Under the pieces are notes generated by a model, which was not told the origin of the DNA, did no database searches, and saw only the letters and a program-made list of their open reading frames with translations. A stretch of 64,000 nt of DNA from Pseudomonadota bacterium. GTDB taxonomy: Bacteria > Myxococcota_A > UBA9160 > JADFDR01. The position numbers and the translations under genes are program-made. The DNA lies in contig PIVT01000010.1 of the NCBI GenBank assembly GCA_003353845.1, positions 4,042 through 68,041 of the forward strand, in the 5' to 3' direction. Positions 44,067 through 53,069 of the stretch are shown piece by piece (position 1 is the stretch's first letter; each line of letters opens with the position of its first letter).

Positions 44067-44933
44067 ATGCGATATTCCTATAGCGAAAACATGTGTGATC
44101 CCAGCTATTACCTCCCCCTGGCCAAGGCAGCCGAAGAAGCAGGCTACGCCTCTATGGCTGTTCCAGACAGCCTCTGTTACCCCAAGGTCACCGACAGCGA
44201 ATATCCCTACTTCGGCGACGGGACCAACGATTTTCTAGAGGGCAAACCCTTTATTGAGCCCTTTTCCCTGATTCCAGCCATGGGTGCCGTGACGACGAAA
44301 CTTCGCTTTACCACCTTCGTGATGAAACTGCCGATTCGGCAGCCCGTGCTGGTGGCAAAATCGGCTAGCTCAGTTGCCGTGCTTACCAATAATCGCTTTG
44401 GGTTTGGCATCGGATTGTCTCCCTGGCCCGAGGATTTCAAGGTCTGTGGTGAACGTTGGAAAGGGCGTGGAAAGCGCATGGATGAGATGATTGAGATTAT
44501 TCGTGGGCTCACTACGGGTGAGTTCTATGAGTTCCATGGGAAGTACTACGATTTTGATGCCATCAAGATCTGTCCGACACCCAGCGAGCCCATCCCCCTG
44601 CTGATCGGTGGACACAGCGATGCCGCGCTGCGACGCGCCGCTTTTATCGGGGACGGCTGGATGCACGCGGGCGGGGAAGAAGACGAACTCATCGGTATGG
44701 TGCAGCGGCTTCAGGAGTTGCGCCGTGAAGCGGGTAGAGAGAATGAGCCTTTCGAAGTGCACGCCATTGCCATGGCGGGTTACACGCTGGACGGTGCCAA
44801 ACGGCTTGAGGATCTTGGCGTGACAGATTTGATTGTCGCTTTTCGAAATCTGTACGAGGCCGATGAACAGAGCCTGGAGCAAAAACTCAGTATCTTGAAC
44901 CAGTTTGCCGACGATGTGGTTTCGAAGATCTGA
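44067..44933 (+). CDS. Luciferase-like monooxygenase (LLM) class flavin/F420-dependent oxidoreductase, paralog 1
   Basis: It follows the TIM-barrel LLM pattern (F.EPF..I.AMG..TTKLRF.T.V.KLP.R.P.LVAK; WKGRGKRMDE; LLIGGHSDAALRRAA). It shares this with ORFs 45822 and 49252. Confidence 0.75.
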   Translation: MRYSYSENMCDPSYYLPLAKAAEEAGYASMAVPDSLCYPKVTDSEYPYFGDGTNDFLEGKPFIEPFSLIPAMGAVTTKLRFTTFVMKLPIRQPVLVAKSASSVAVLTNNRFGFGIGLSPWPEDFKVCGERWKGRGKRMDEMIEIIRGLTTGEFYEFHGKYYDFDAIKICPTPSEPIPLLIGGHSDAALRRAAFIGDGWMHAGGEEDELIGMVQRLQELRREAGRENEPFEVHAIAMAGYTLDGAKRLEDLGVTDLIVAFRNLYEADEQSLEQKLSILNQFADDVVSKI

Positions 44934-44945
44934 TTGGTTTCCGTG

Positions 44946-45620
44946 CTACTTTTTTTCCAGGGTTTGCAGGTATGCCGTAAGGACATCCGCGAGGGCTTCG
45001 CGCTCGTGTTTGTAATCGTAGTTACTGGGATATTGCATGTATTCAAAGGCGAAACCCCGCAACGCTGAAATGAAAACACGCTGCGCTTTTTTAGGCGGCT
45101 GTTTCTGGCCTAGCGTTTGCGCCAGTAACTGATCACTGCTTTCCTTTAACTCTTTGGCGACGACGAGCAGTCGGTCGCGGGAAGCGGAGCGCGGCGTCAT
45201 CTCGCTGCGTGTCGCTAAAATAATCTCGAAGCATGCGCGCGCGATGGGTGCGCCAAAGATGTCCCAGCCCACATCGACCAACCCTTGGACGCGTTCTTGA
45301 AGGTTGTCCCCACGAATCTCGATTTCTTGAAGGCGGCGTGTGAGATGTTCGTAACCCGCGTCGAGTACGGCCGAGAGCAGGCCGCCGCGGTCTCCAAAGT
45401 GGTATTGCATCACGCCCCAGGTGACACCGGCGCGCGCCGCGATGCGCTTCATGGTGGTGGCCGCAAATCCCTCCGTGCAGATGCAATCCACGGCGGCTTC
45501 GATGACCAGGATTCGAGTTTCGGTCCCCCGCGTGGTGGGCCGCCGCTTTTGTTTGTGTTGTCCGGGGGTTACGCGGTGGCTTCGCAATGCGGTTTTCTGT
45601 GGCTTTGGCTCAGGACTCAT
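44946..45620 (-). CDS. TetR family transcriptional regulator
   Basis: It has the N-terminal HTH ILVIEAAVDCICTEGFAATTMKRIAARAGVTWGVMQYHFG. Confidence 0.85.
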   Translation of the reverse strand: MSPEPKPQKTALRSHRVTPGQHKQKRRPTTRGTETRILVIEAAVDCICTEGFAATTMKRIAARAGVTWGVMQYHFGDRGGLLSAVLDAGYEHLTRRLQEIEIRGDNLQERVQGLVDVGWDIFGAPIARACFEIILATRSEMTPRSASRDRLLVVAKELKESSDQLLAQTLGQKQPPKKAQRVFISALRGFAFEYMQYPSNYDYKHEREALADVLTAYLQTLEKK

Positions 45621-45652
45621 GTTGTTTCCTAGCGGGAAAACGTGATTTTTGA

Positions 45653-45672
45653 ATTATTGCACAGACAATAAT
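45653..45672. promoter_or_regulatory. Inverted repeat ATTATTG-N6-CAATAAT (candidate TetR operator)
   Basis: Read directly from the sequence. It lies 33 nt upstream of the tetR start, in the divergent region shared with LLM paralog 2. Confidence 0.4.
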
Positions 45673-45821
45673 CTTAGGCTATAAAAGAATCGAAGTCGCA
45701 ATGTTTTGCGTTGCTCATTCTTTACCCAAGCCAGCGATTTTTTGCTGCAACTTCCGCCCGTTCGGGGTAGGAGAGAGCAGCGCTTCGTCAAACCTTCCTA
45801 CTCTTAACAGGAGATCGACTG

Positions 45822-46694
45822 ATGAAATTTTCAATGACCCTCACCTTTAATCCCATCGACGATTACATCCCGCTGGCCAAAGTAGCCGAAGCGGAGGGCT
45901 GGGATTCGGTCAACGCAGGTGATGGCTTGTTTTTCTACGACGAAACCACTGTGAAGTATCCATACTCCGATAGCGGTGCGCGTTACTGGAGCGCCAATAC
46001 GCCTTTCCTGGATCCCTTCAATGTGATTTCGGCCATGGGGCAGGTCACTGAGAATATTCGATTCCTCATCAATGTGTTGAAGCTGCCTGTGCGCAATCCC
46101 ATGCTGGTGGCCAAGATGGCGGGTACCACGGCGTACCTGACGCAGGATCGACTCGACCTGGGCGTGGGCCTCAGTGTTTGGCCAGAAGATTTTTCCATCA
46201 CCCAAACCGAGATGAAGAACCGCGGGGTTCGCTGCTCGGAAGCCATTGAAATTATGCGCAAAGCTTTCACGGGTGAGTTCTTTGAGCATCATGGAAAGTA
46301 CTATGACATTCCGTCCTGCTCCATCAACCCGGTTCCAGGCAAGCACCTGCCCATCATCATTGGTGGCACGGCTGATCTGGCCTTGAGGCGGGCCGCACGT
46401 CTCTGCGATGGTTTTGTTTCTCCCAATACCACCTCGGACAAGATCGACGAAATGGTTCAGAAGATTCACGGCTACCGAAAAGAATACGGTACCGATGACA
46501 AACCCTTCGAGATGACTTCGGTGGCCATTGATGCCTTCGATCTCGATGGGCACCGACGTTTGGAGGCCATGGGAATCGATCAGGCTTGTGACATGCCCTG
46601 GCTGTACTACGGCGGCAAGTTTAATTCACCGTTGGACTTCAAGATTGATGCCGTGAAGCGCTTTGGAGACGAAGTGATTTCCAAGATGAAATAG
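45822..46694 (+). CDS. LLM class flavin/F420-dependent oxidoreductase, paralog 2
   Basis: It has the same motif set as 44067 (FLDPFNVISAMGQVTENIRFLINVLKLPVRNPMLVAK; IIIGGTADLALRRAA). Confidence 0.75.
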   Translation: MKFSMTLTFNPIDDYIPLAKVAEAEGWDSVNAGDGLFFYDETTVKYPYSDSGARYWSANTPFLDPFNVISAMGQVTENIRFLINVLKLPVRNPMLVAKMAGTTAYLTQDRLDLGVGLSVWPEDFSITQTEMKNRGVRCSEAIEIMRKAFTGEFFEHHGKYYDIPSCSINPVPGKHLPIIIGGTADLALRRAARLCDGFVSPNTTSDKIDEMVQKIHGYRKEYGTDDKPFEMTSVAIDAFDLDGHRRLEAMGIDQACDMPWLYYGGKFNSPLDFKIDAVKRFGDEVISKMK

Positions 46695-46710
46695 TCGAGA
46701 TCAGGACCCA

Positions 46711-48777
46711 GTGAGCATGTCTTCGAGTGCGATGAAGCTATTTAGCCCGGTGTCCATTGGAACCATGACGCTGCGCAATCGTATCGTCATGGCGCCGATC
46801 ACGACCAATTACGGGACTGAGGATCAAGAGCCTTCGGAGCGATTGGTTCGATATCTCGAAGAGCGGGCCAAAGGTGGCGTGGGCTTGATCACCGCCGAAG
46901 TGTGTTCGGTAGACCTCAAGCATCGCTATCAAACCAACTCGCTGAGCCTGGCGCATGATCGCTACATCGATCAGCACCGTCAGCTCGTCGATGTGATTCA
47001 TCGTCACGGCGCAAAAATTCAACCGCAGATTACCCACCCCGGGCCGGAATCCATGTCGATTTGGATGGAGGACACACCGGGGCTTGGCCCTTCCTCGATT
47101 TGCGGTTTGGGGAATCGCCCCCCGTGCCGTGAGTTGGCGCTGGAAGAATTGCCGGCCATCGTCGAGCAGTACGCTCAGGCGGCCCGACGCGCACAAGAGG
47201 CTGGTTATGACGGCATGGAATTACATGCGGCCCATGCCTATATGCTTTTGGCATCCTTCCTGACGCCTTGGCGCAATAAACGAAGCGATGAGTACGGCGG
47301 CAAGAAACCCGAAGGGCGCTTCCGCTTCTTGCTCGAAGTGATCCGCGCGATGAAGCAAAGCACCGGCGGAAATTTCCCATTAACCCTGCGTATTTCAGGC
47401 TACGAGCGATTAAAAGGCGGCCGGGAGTTGAACGAAACCCAAGCCATGGCTCCTATTATGGTGGAAGCAGGTGTCGATGCCTTTCATCTCACGGGCGGCT
47501 ACGCGGGGGACGCCGAAGCAGCCAGCACCATCTGTGGGTCGGAGTACGATTTCGGTTATAACGTTTCCGAGGCAAAAGCCTTGAAACAAGTGGTCGACGT
47601 GCCGGTCATGGCCGTAGGTCGCATCCACGATCCGAAACACGCCGAACAAATTCTCCAAAGTGGTGGGGCGGACTTGGTGGTGATGGGGCGACCCTTGCTG
47701 GCCGACCCCGAGCTTCCGCTCAAGGCACAGCAGGGTCGGTTCCAGGAAATTCGCCGCTGTATTTCCTGCCAGAACTGTGTCGATACCCTGATCGTTATGG
47801 ATATGAACTGCGCGGTGAATGCGCGTTCCGGGCGAGAGACGCAATATAGTGTGGGGCTTGCTTCTTCCTCAAAGAAAGTGTTGGTCATTGGTGGCGGTAC
47901 GGCGGGGATGGAGGCTGCACGGGTGGCAGCCTTGCGCGGGCATCGCGTGACCTTGTGTGAACAGGGTCAGCGCCTGGGTGGTTCGCTCACCCTGGCCTCT
48001 ACGGTGCACAGCGATAACGAAGCCTTTCTTAGCTATTTAACCGGAGAGGTGAAGCGGCTGCCCATCTCGCTGCGCCTGGGTCACAAAGCTTCACCAGCGT
48101 TCGTGCGAGATTTTGCACCCGATGCGGTGATCGTTGCCAGCGGGATGCGGCTAGAGGAACCGAAGATTCCGGGAGCTGACTTGCCTCAGGTGTTGAGCGG
48201 ATCTCAGATGAGACGCTTGTTGTCGGGGGATGTGCAACCGGTGGAGCAGGGCGTGCCCGCATGGATGACGAAATTGTTGCAGTTGGCTGGAGATAAGATT
48301 CAGAGACATATTACGCCTCAGCGCTTGCGTCAGTTGTCGAAACTCTGGATGCCACTGGGTTCTCGCGTAGCCATCATCGGTGCTGACCTGGCGGGGATAG
48401 AACTGGCTGAGTTCCTGGCTGAGCGCGGTCGCGAGGTGTTTTTGTTGGACGAAGGCAAACGCATTGCACTTGATGTGGGCTTGCGGCGGCGTGCCGACCA
48501 CATGGATCGCTTGGATCGCTTGGGTGTTATTGTGAATACCTCTGTGACGGTGGAGCGAATCACGCCCGAGGGTGTGTGGATTCAGAATCAATTGGGTGGC
48601 AAGCATAGGGTCGAAGTGGATAGCGTGATCCTGTCCGGAACACCGGTTGCAGACACGCGTCTATTTGAAGAGATTTCGCCCTTGGTCCCAGAGGCGTATG
48701 CCATCGGTGATTGTACGGGCCTGGGTTTAATCGCCAAGGCGACAACCGAGGCCATGCGTGTTGCATGCTTGCTGTAG
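46711..48777 (+). CDS. OYE-FeS-FAD three-domain NAD(P)H:flavin oxidoreductase (2,4-dienoyl-CoA reductase FadH / BaiCD-BaiH family), copy 1
   Basis: It has an OYE TIM barrel (LRNRIVMAPITTNY; HAAHAYMLLASFLTPWRNKRSDEYGG), a Cys cluster (CISCQNC), FAD (VLVIGGGTAGMEAA) and NAD (VAIIGADLAGIELAE) folds. Confidence 0.85.
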   Translation: MSMSSSAMKLFSPVSIGTMTLRNRIVMAPITTNYGTEDQEPSERLVRYLEERAKGGVGLITAEVCSVDLKHRYQTNSLSLAHDRYIDQHRQLVDVIHRHGAKIQPQITHPGPESMSIWMEDTPGLGPSSICGLGNRPPCRELALEELPAIVEQYAQAARRAQEAGYDGMELHAAHAYMLLASFLTPWRNKRSDEYGGKKPEGRFRFLLEVIRAMKQSTGGNFPLTLRISGYERLKGGRELNETQAMAPIMVEAGVDAFHLTGGYAGDAEAASTICGSEYDFGYNVSEAKALKQVVDVPVMAVGRIHDPKHAEQILQSGGADLVVMGRPLLADPELPLKAQQGRFQEIRRCISCQNCVDTLIVMDMNCAVNARSGRETQYSVGLASSSKKVLVIGGGTAGMEAARVAALRGHRVTLCEQGQRLGGSLTLASTVHSDNEAFLSYLTGEVKRLPISLRLGHKASPAFVRDFAPDAVIVASGMRLEEPKIPGADLPQVLSGSQMRRLLSGDVQPVEQGVPAWMTKLLQLAGDKIQRHITPQRLRQLSKLWMPLGSRVAIIGADLAGIELAEFLAERGREVFLLDEGKRIALDVGLRRRADHMDRLDRLGVIVNTSVTVERITPEGVWIQNQLGGKHRVEVDSVILSGTPVADTRLFEEISPLVPEAYAIGDCTGLGLIAKATTEAMRVACLL

Positions 48778-48809
48778 ATTGGTTTGAGAATAAATGGAAG
48801 GAGTAGAAC

Positions 48810-49232
48810 ATGGCGGAGGAACATCCCGCACGTGCGGCGTCTTTTAAATCCCGAGAGTGCGTTCATAACCACGACAAGGAAGGTTGGCTATCGCTGTATG
48901 CGGAGAATGCAGTCATCGAAGATCCTATTGGCGTTTCTCCTTTGGATAAAGCCGGAAAGGGTTACGGAACACCCGAAGAGCGCGAAGCTTTTTGGGAACG
49001 CAATATCGCCAATTCCGACATCAAGATTACCATCCACAAGTCCTATGCCTGCGGAAACGAGTGCGCCAATATCGTTACGCTGAATATCATCATCAACCTG
49101 GGTGAGAAAAAACTGTCACAGCAAGTCGATGGCATTTTTACCTATGAAGTGAATGATGCTGGCAAGCTGCTTTCATTGCGTGGCTTCTGGGAGTTCGACG
49201 AAGCCATGAAGGCCATGAAGACCATCGAATAA
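48810..49232 (+). CDS. SnoaL/NTF2-fold protein (ketosteroid-isomerase-like)
   Basis: The 140-aa product matches the SnoaL-like pattern in its N-terminus (AASFKSRECVHNHDKEGWLSLYAENAVIEDPIG) and size. The function is inferred only from fold class. Confidence 0.5.
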   Translation: MAEEHPARAASFKSRECVHNHDKEGWLSLYAENAVIEDPIGVSPLDKAGKGYGTPEEREAFWERNIANSDIKITIHKSYACGNECANIVTLNIIINLGEKKLSQQVDGIFTYEVNDAGKLLSLRGFWEFDEAMKAMKTIE

Positions 49233-49251
49233 GGAAGCGGAAGGGGAAAAC

Positions 49252-50154
49252 GTGAAGCACTGGATATCGCTGGTCAATGTTCCGGAAGTAGAGCAGTACG
49301 TAGAGATTGCTCAGTTTGCAGAAGAGGTGGGCTTCTACGGCATTACCATTGCTGATCACCTCGTAATGCCGACAAACATCACGCAGTCCAAGTATCCCTA
49401 TACGCCCGATGGGAAAATGTGGTGGCCCGAAGACACACCGTGGCCCGATCCCTGGGTGACGCTTACGGCCATGGGGGTGGCGACAACGAAATTGCGCCTG
49501 GCCACCAATATCTATCTGGCTGCGCAGCGAGATCCTTTTGTTTCAGCGCGTGCCATTGCGGCTGCTTCGGTTTATACCAAGGGCCGCGTCGTGTGTGGCG
49601 TCTCTTCGGGATGGATCAAAGAAGAGTACGAAATGGTGGGTGTCGATTTTCATACACGCGGACGTCGCTTGGATGAAACGGTAGAGGTGATGAAGAAACT
49701 GTGGACCGGGAAAGATGTCAGCCATAAGGGAGAGTTCTTTTCCTTCGAGCATGCGCTCCTGTCGCCCAAGCCTCATGCTGAGGTTCCGGTCTGGAGTGGA
49801 GGTGCCAGTAAGGCCGCCTTGCGGCGCGCTGCGCAAAACGACGGATGGCTCGGCATCCCGATGCTGGCTACCCAACTCGAAGAAGTGGTCAAAGAGTTGT
49901 TCGTCCTGCGCGAGAAGATGGGTAAGAGCGATGAGCCCTTTGATATCTGTGCCAGTCTTTTTGAGCCACTCAAGCCCGATTTGCAAGAACACTTGGAAGG
50001 GTTGGGTGTACAGAATAACATGGTGCTGCCCTGGATTGTAACGCCTTGGGGGCGAGCCGGTTGGTTGGAAGAAGGCGAAGACCCCGCGGAACTCGATGTG
50101 AAAAAGCGTGTCATGGAGCGCTTTGCGCATAAGGTAATACATCGACGGTCGTAA
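49252..50154 (+). CDS. LLM class flavin/F420-dependent oxidoreductase, paralog 3
   Basis: It starts at GTG. It has WPDPWVTLTAMGVATTKLRLATNIYLAAQRDPFVSAR and VWSGGASKAALRRAA, parallel to the other two LLMs. Confidence 0.75.
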   Translation: MKHWISLVNVPEVEQYVEIAQFAEEVGFYGITIADHLVMPTNITQSKYPYTPDGKMWWPEDTPWPDPWVTLTAMGVATTKLRLATNIYLAAQRDPFVSARAIAAASVYTKGRVVCGVSSGWIKEEYEMVGVDFHTRGRRLDETVEVMKKLWTGKDVSHKGEFFSFEHALLSPKPHAEVPVWSGGASKAALRRAAQNDGWLGIPMLATQLEEVVKELFVLREKMGKSDEPFDICASLFEPLKPDLQEHLEGLGVQNNMVLPWIVTPWGRAGWLEEGEDPAELDVKKRVMERFAHKVIHRRS

Positions 50155-50226
50155 TTTTCCGTCAGTGAAGCAGGTTTTATTTTTGTGATGAACTCAGATC
50201 AGCCAATGGTTTCGTAGGAGACGTCG

Positions 50227-52194
50227 ATGTCAAATCTCGAAAAATTGTTAAGCCCCATAAAAATCGGTTCCATGGAAATCCGTAATCGGTTGGCCATGTC
50301 TCCCATGACCGTTGACACGGCCAACGACAATGAGACGCCGTCCGATCGACAAATTGAGTATTATGCAGAACGAGCCAAGGGTGGGGCGGCTTTGATCCGA
50401 GTCGAAGTGACCACCATCGATCGCGCGCACCGCTACCAGAGGCGCTCTCTAGGCCTGTACCATGACGATCTCATTCCCGGGCACAAGAAGCTTGTCGACG
50501 CCGTTCATGCGCATGGCGCGAAAATACAGCCACAGCTTGCACACACAGGGCCAGAATCCCTGGCGCCATTCTATGAGGGCATGGAACCGCTAGGTGCGTC
50601 GGTGATTCGCACGCAAACCACCAAGCAAGTTTGCCGGGAAGCGACCGTAGAGGAACTCGAGGCTATTATTGAAATGTACGGTGATGCCGCTCGCCGAACC
50701 CAAGAAGCAGGGTACGACGGTCTCGAACTTCATGCCGCACATAGTTATATGCTCTTGGGTTCCTTCTTGTCGCCCCTGCGAAACTTCCGTCAGGATGAAT
50801 ACGCCGGTCATAAGTTCGAAGGTCGAGCCAAGCTCTTACTTCAGGTGATCGAGAAGGTGCGTAAAACGGTAGGACCGGATTTCCCCATTACGCTTCGGGT
50901 GTCGGGCTTTGAAAAAGAGGCAGGAGGTCGTGAAGTCAACGACACGCAGCGCCTTGCACCGCTTCTGGTTGCGGCAGGTGTGGATTGCTTTGACGTGAGT
51001 GGCGGTGTGGGAGATGCCAATATCACGCAAATTATTACGGGAGCCGAATACGGACCAGGGTATAACCTGGGAGCTGCCATTGCCATCAAGCAGGTGGTGG
51101 ATGTCCCGGTCATGGTTGTGGGTCAGAACATGGATCCCGCTTTTGCGGAGTCCATCTTGCAGGACGGAAAAGTCGATGTCATTGCCATGGGTCGTGCGCT
51201 ACTCGCGGATCCCGAACTGCCGATGAAAGCGAGCCAGGGCAACTTGGCTGGAATCAACCGCTGTACGCTTTGCCAGGACTGTATCGATTCGATGATGACC
51301 TTGGGTGACGGAGTGAAGTGCGCGGTGAACCCCCGTTGTGGGAACGAAGCGGATTTCCCCGTCGAGCAGGCAAAGACCAAAAAGAAAGTACTCGTGATTG
51401 GTGGAGGCCCTGGTGGGTTGGCGGCCGCGCAGATTGCTTGTGAGAGAGGCCACCAGGTGACGCTGATGGAAAAGCAGAGTGAACTTGGGGGTGCCTTCCG
51501 CTGGGCCTCGACGGTTTTTCCACACAACCAGGTATTCTTGGATTATCTCACGCACCAAGTAGAGTCTCTTCCCATTGAAATCAAATTGGGGCAAGAGGCG
51601 ACGGATGTGTCCATCAAGGAGATTGCTCCAGACGCGATCATTGTCGCGACGGGAGGAAAAATTGATGTACCCCAAATTCCCGGAGGCGATTTGCCTCATG
51701 TGATCAGTGGGTCCCGCATTCAAGAGTTTATCCAAGCTGTGCGTGGGGTGGAGGAAGGCTCGACCTTGAACATCGAAGGTCCGGTGGCCATTATCGGTGC
51801 CAATCTCATCGGCTTGGAACTAGCCGAGTTCATCGCCAGGCGTGGCAAGGATGTGCGGCTGCTTGAACCCAGTCGAAGGTTTGCTGTGCCAGCAGGGAAA
51901 AAGCGTCGTGGGGATCACGCCAAGCGCTTGGACCTACTCGGTGTCAGTGTGAACACGGGAATGGCTATTGAGGAAATTACGACGGAAGGAGTGAAGATTC
52001 GCATCGATGACGGCAGCGAGCATTTGGTGAAAGCCAAATCTGTCTTCGTGATGGGCACGCCCTTGGAAGAGCCACGCTTCCTGGAAAGCGTGCAGGGGGC
52101 CGCGGCAGAAGTCTATGGCATCGGCGATTGCACAGGTTTTGGTCTCTCCAAGAAGGCCGTGGCTGAGGCGATGTCTTCGATTTACAAGCTCTGA
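50227..52194 (+). CDS. OYE-FeS-FAD three-domain oxidoreductase (FadH/BaiCD-BaiH family), copy 2
   Basis: It has IRNRLAMSPMTV, HAAHSYMLLGSFLSPLRNFRQDEYAG, CTLCQDC, VLVIGGGPGGLAAA and VAIIGANLIGLELAE. Confidence 0.85.
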   Translation: MSNLEKLLSPIKIGSMEIRNRLAMSPMTVDTANDNETPSDRQIEYYAERAKGGAALIRVEVTTIDRAHRYQRRSLGLYHDDLIPGHKKLVDAVHAHGAKIQPQLAHTGPESLAPFYEGMEPLGASVIRTQTTKQVCREATVEELEAIIEMYGDAARRTQEAGYDGLELHAAHSYMLLGSFLSPLRNFRQDEYAGHKFEGRAKLLLQVIEKVRKTVGPDFPITLRVSGFEKEAGGREVNDTQRLAPLLVAAGVDCFDVSGGVGDANITQIITGAEYGPGYNLGAAIAIKQVVDVPVMVVGQNMDPAFAESILQDGKVDVIAMGRALLADPELPMKASQGNLAGINRCTLCQDCIDSMMTLGDGVKCAVNPRCGNEADFPVEQAKTKKKVLVIGGGPGGLAAAQIACERGHQVTLMEKQSELGGAFRWASTVFPHNQVFLDYLTHQVESLPIEIKLGQEATDVSIKEIAPDAIIVATGGKIDVPQIPGGDLPHVISGSRIQEFIQAVRGVEEGSTLNIEGPVAIIGANLIGLELAEFIARRGKDVRLLEPSRRFAVPAGKKRRGDHAKRLDLLGVSVNTGMAIEEITTEGVKIRIDDGSEHLVKAKSVFVMGTPLEEPRFLESVQGAAAEVYGIGDCTGFGLSKKAVAEAMSSIYKL

Positions 52195-52241
52195 CTTTTA
52201 CAAGCGCTGACATTTACAAAGCCTGAACCGGGCACATGGAT

Positions 52242-52700
52242 TCAGGCCGCATCTCCATCATCGTTTGACGAAAAGTAGGAGCTCAGCACCTGGGCTAAAC
52301 TGCGACAAATGTCCGTTGTGGATAGGATCCCTACGAGTTTTTCATGCTTGACGACAACGGCACAGCCCACATGGCACTTGGCCATGGCGGTAACGACCTG
52401 GTCTAAAGGTGTATCCATCTCTACGATGAAAGGATCGGGCAGCAAAATATCGCGCGCGCAGATCGTGGCTTTGTCGACCTGGGGCAGGGCGGGGTTGACC
52501 AGTCGGTGGAGGTCGCGCTCAGAGATTAAGCCCATCACACGTCCTCCCTCCTGAACCGGGACGTGACGAATGCCATGCTCTTGCATCAATCGCTCAACGA
52601 AAACCGCGGAATCAGCTGTGCGAACAAAGTGAGGGAAGGGTGTCATGACGCCCCCTACGGCAGGCATGCGTTTGTACTTGCTTAAGTCCATTTTCGTCAT
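52242..52700 (-). CDS. CBS-domain pair protein
   Basis: It has two CBS repeats (..IRHVPVQEGGRVMGLISERDL.. and ..VGCAVVVKHEKLVGILSTTDI..). Confidence 0.8.
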   Translation of the reverse strand: MTKMDLSKYKRMPAVGGVMTPFPHFVRTADSAVFVERLMQEHGIRHVPVQEGGRVMGLISERDLHRLVNPALPQVDKATICARDILLPDPFIVEMDTPLDQVVTAMAKCHVGCAVVVKHEKLVGILSTTDICRSLAQVLSSYFSSNDDGDAA

Positions 52701-52715
52701 TTTGATCCCATTGGC

Positions 52716-52943
52716 TTAGAAACGCGGGGTAATGCCATAATAGAGAATTATCTGGAACACGGCATAGGAAAGAAAGAAGGCCAGAAGGGAAACAAGTGCG
52801 CGGCGCAATCCCTTTTGGCGCGTAAAAAGAGCAGTTGTTCCAGCGACCATCACGGCCGAAAAAATAAACATGTGACTGAAGATGTCTAAGAGGTGTGCAT
52901 CTTCGGGGGAAAGGCTGCTAAGCAGGACGACGTAGGATCCCAT
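52716..52943 (-). CDS. Small two-TM membrane protein (hypothetical)
   Basis: The 75-aa product has two hydrophobic helices. It lies 15 nt upstream of the CBS gene. Confidence 0.3.
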   Translation of the reverse strand: MGSYVVLLSSLSPEDAHLLDIFSHMFIFSAVMVAGTTALFTRQKGLRRALVSLLAFFLSYAVFQIILYYGITPRF

Positions 52944-53069
52944 TCAGTCTTCCAGTTCTTTTGCCGTAGGGCTAGCGACGTGCACTGGGTCATCCCTTTT
53001 TGAGAGGGGTGTCGAATGCGTAGTTTATCGGATACAAGCGATATGACCATGCGCCCTGATTATGACTAG

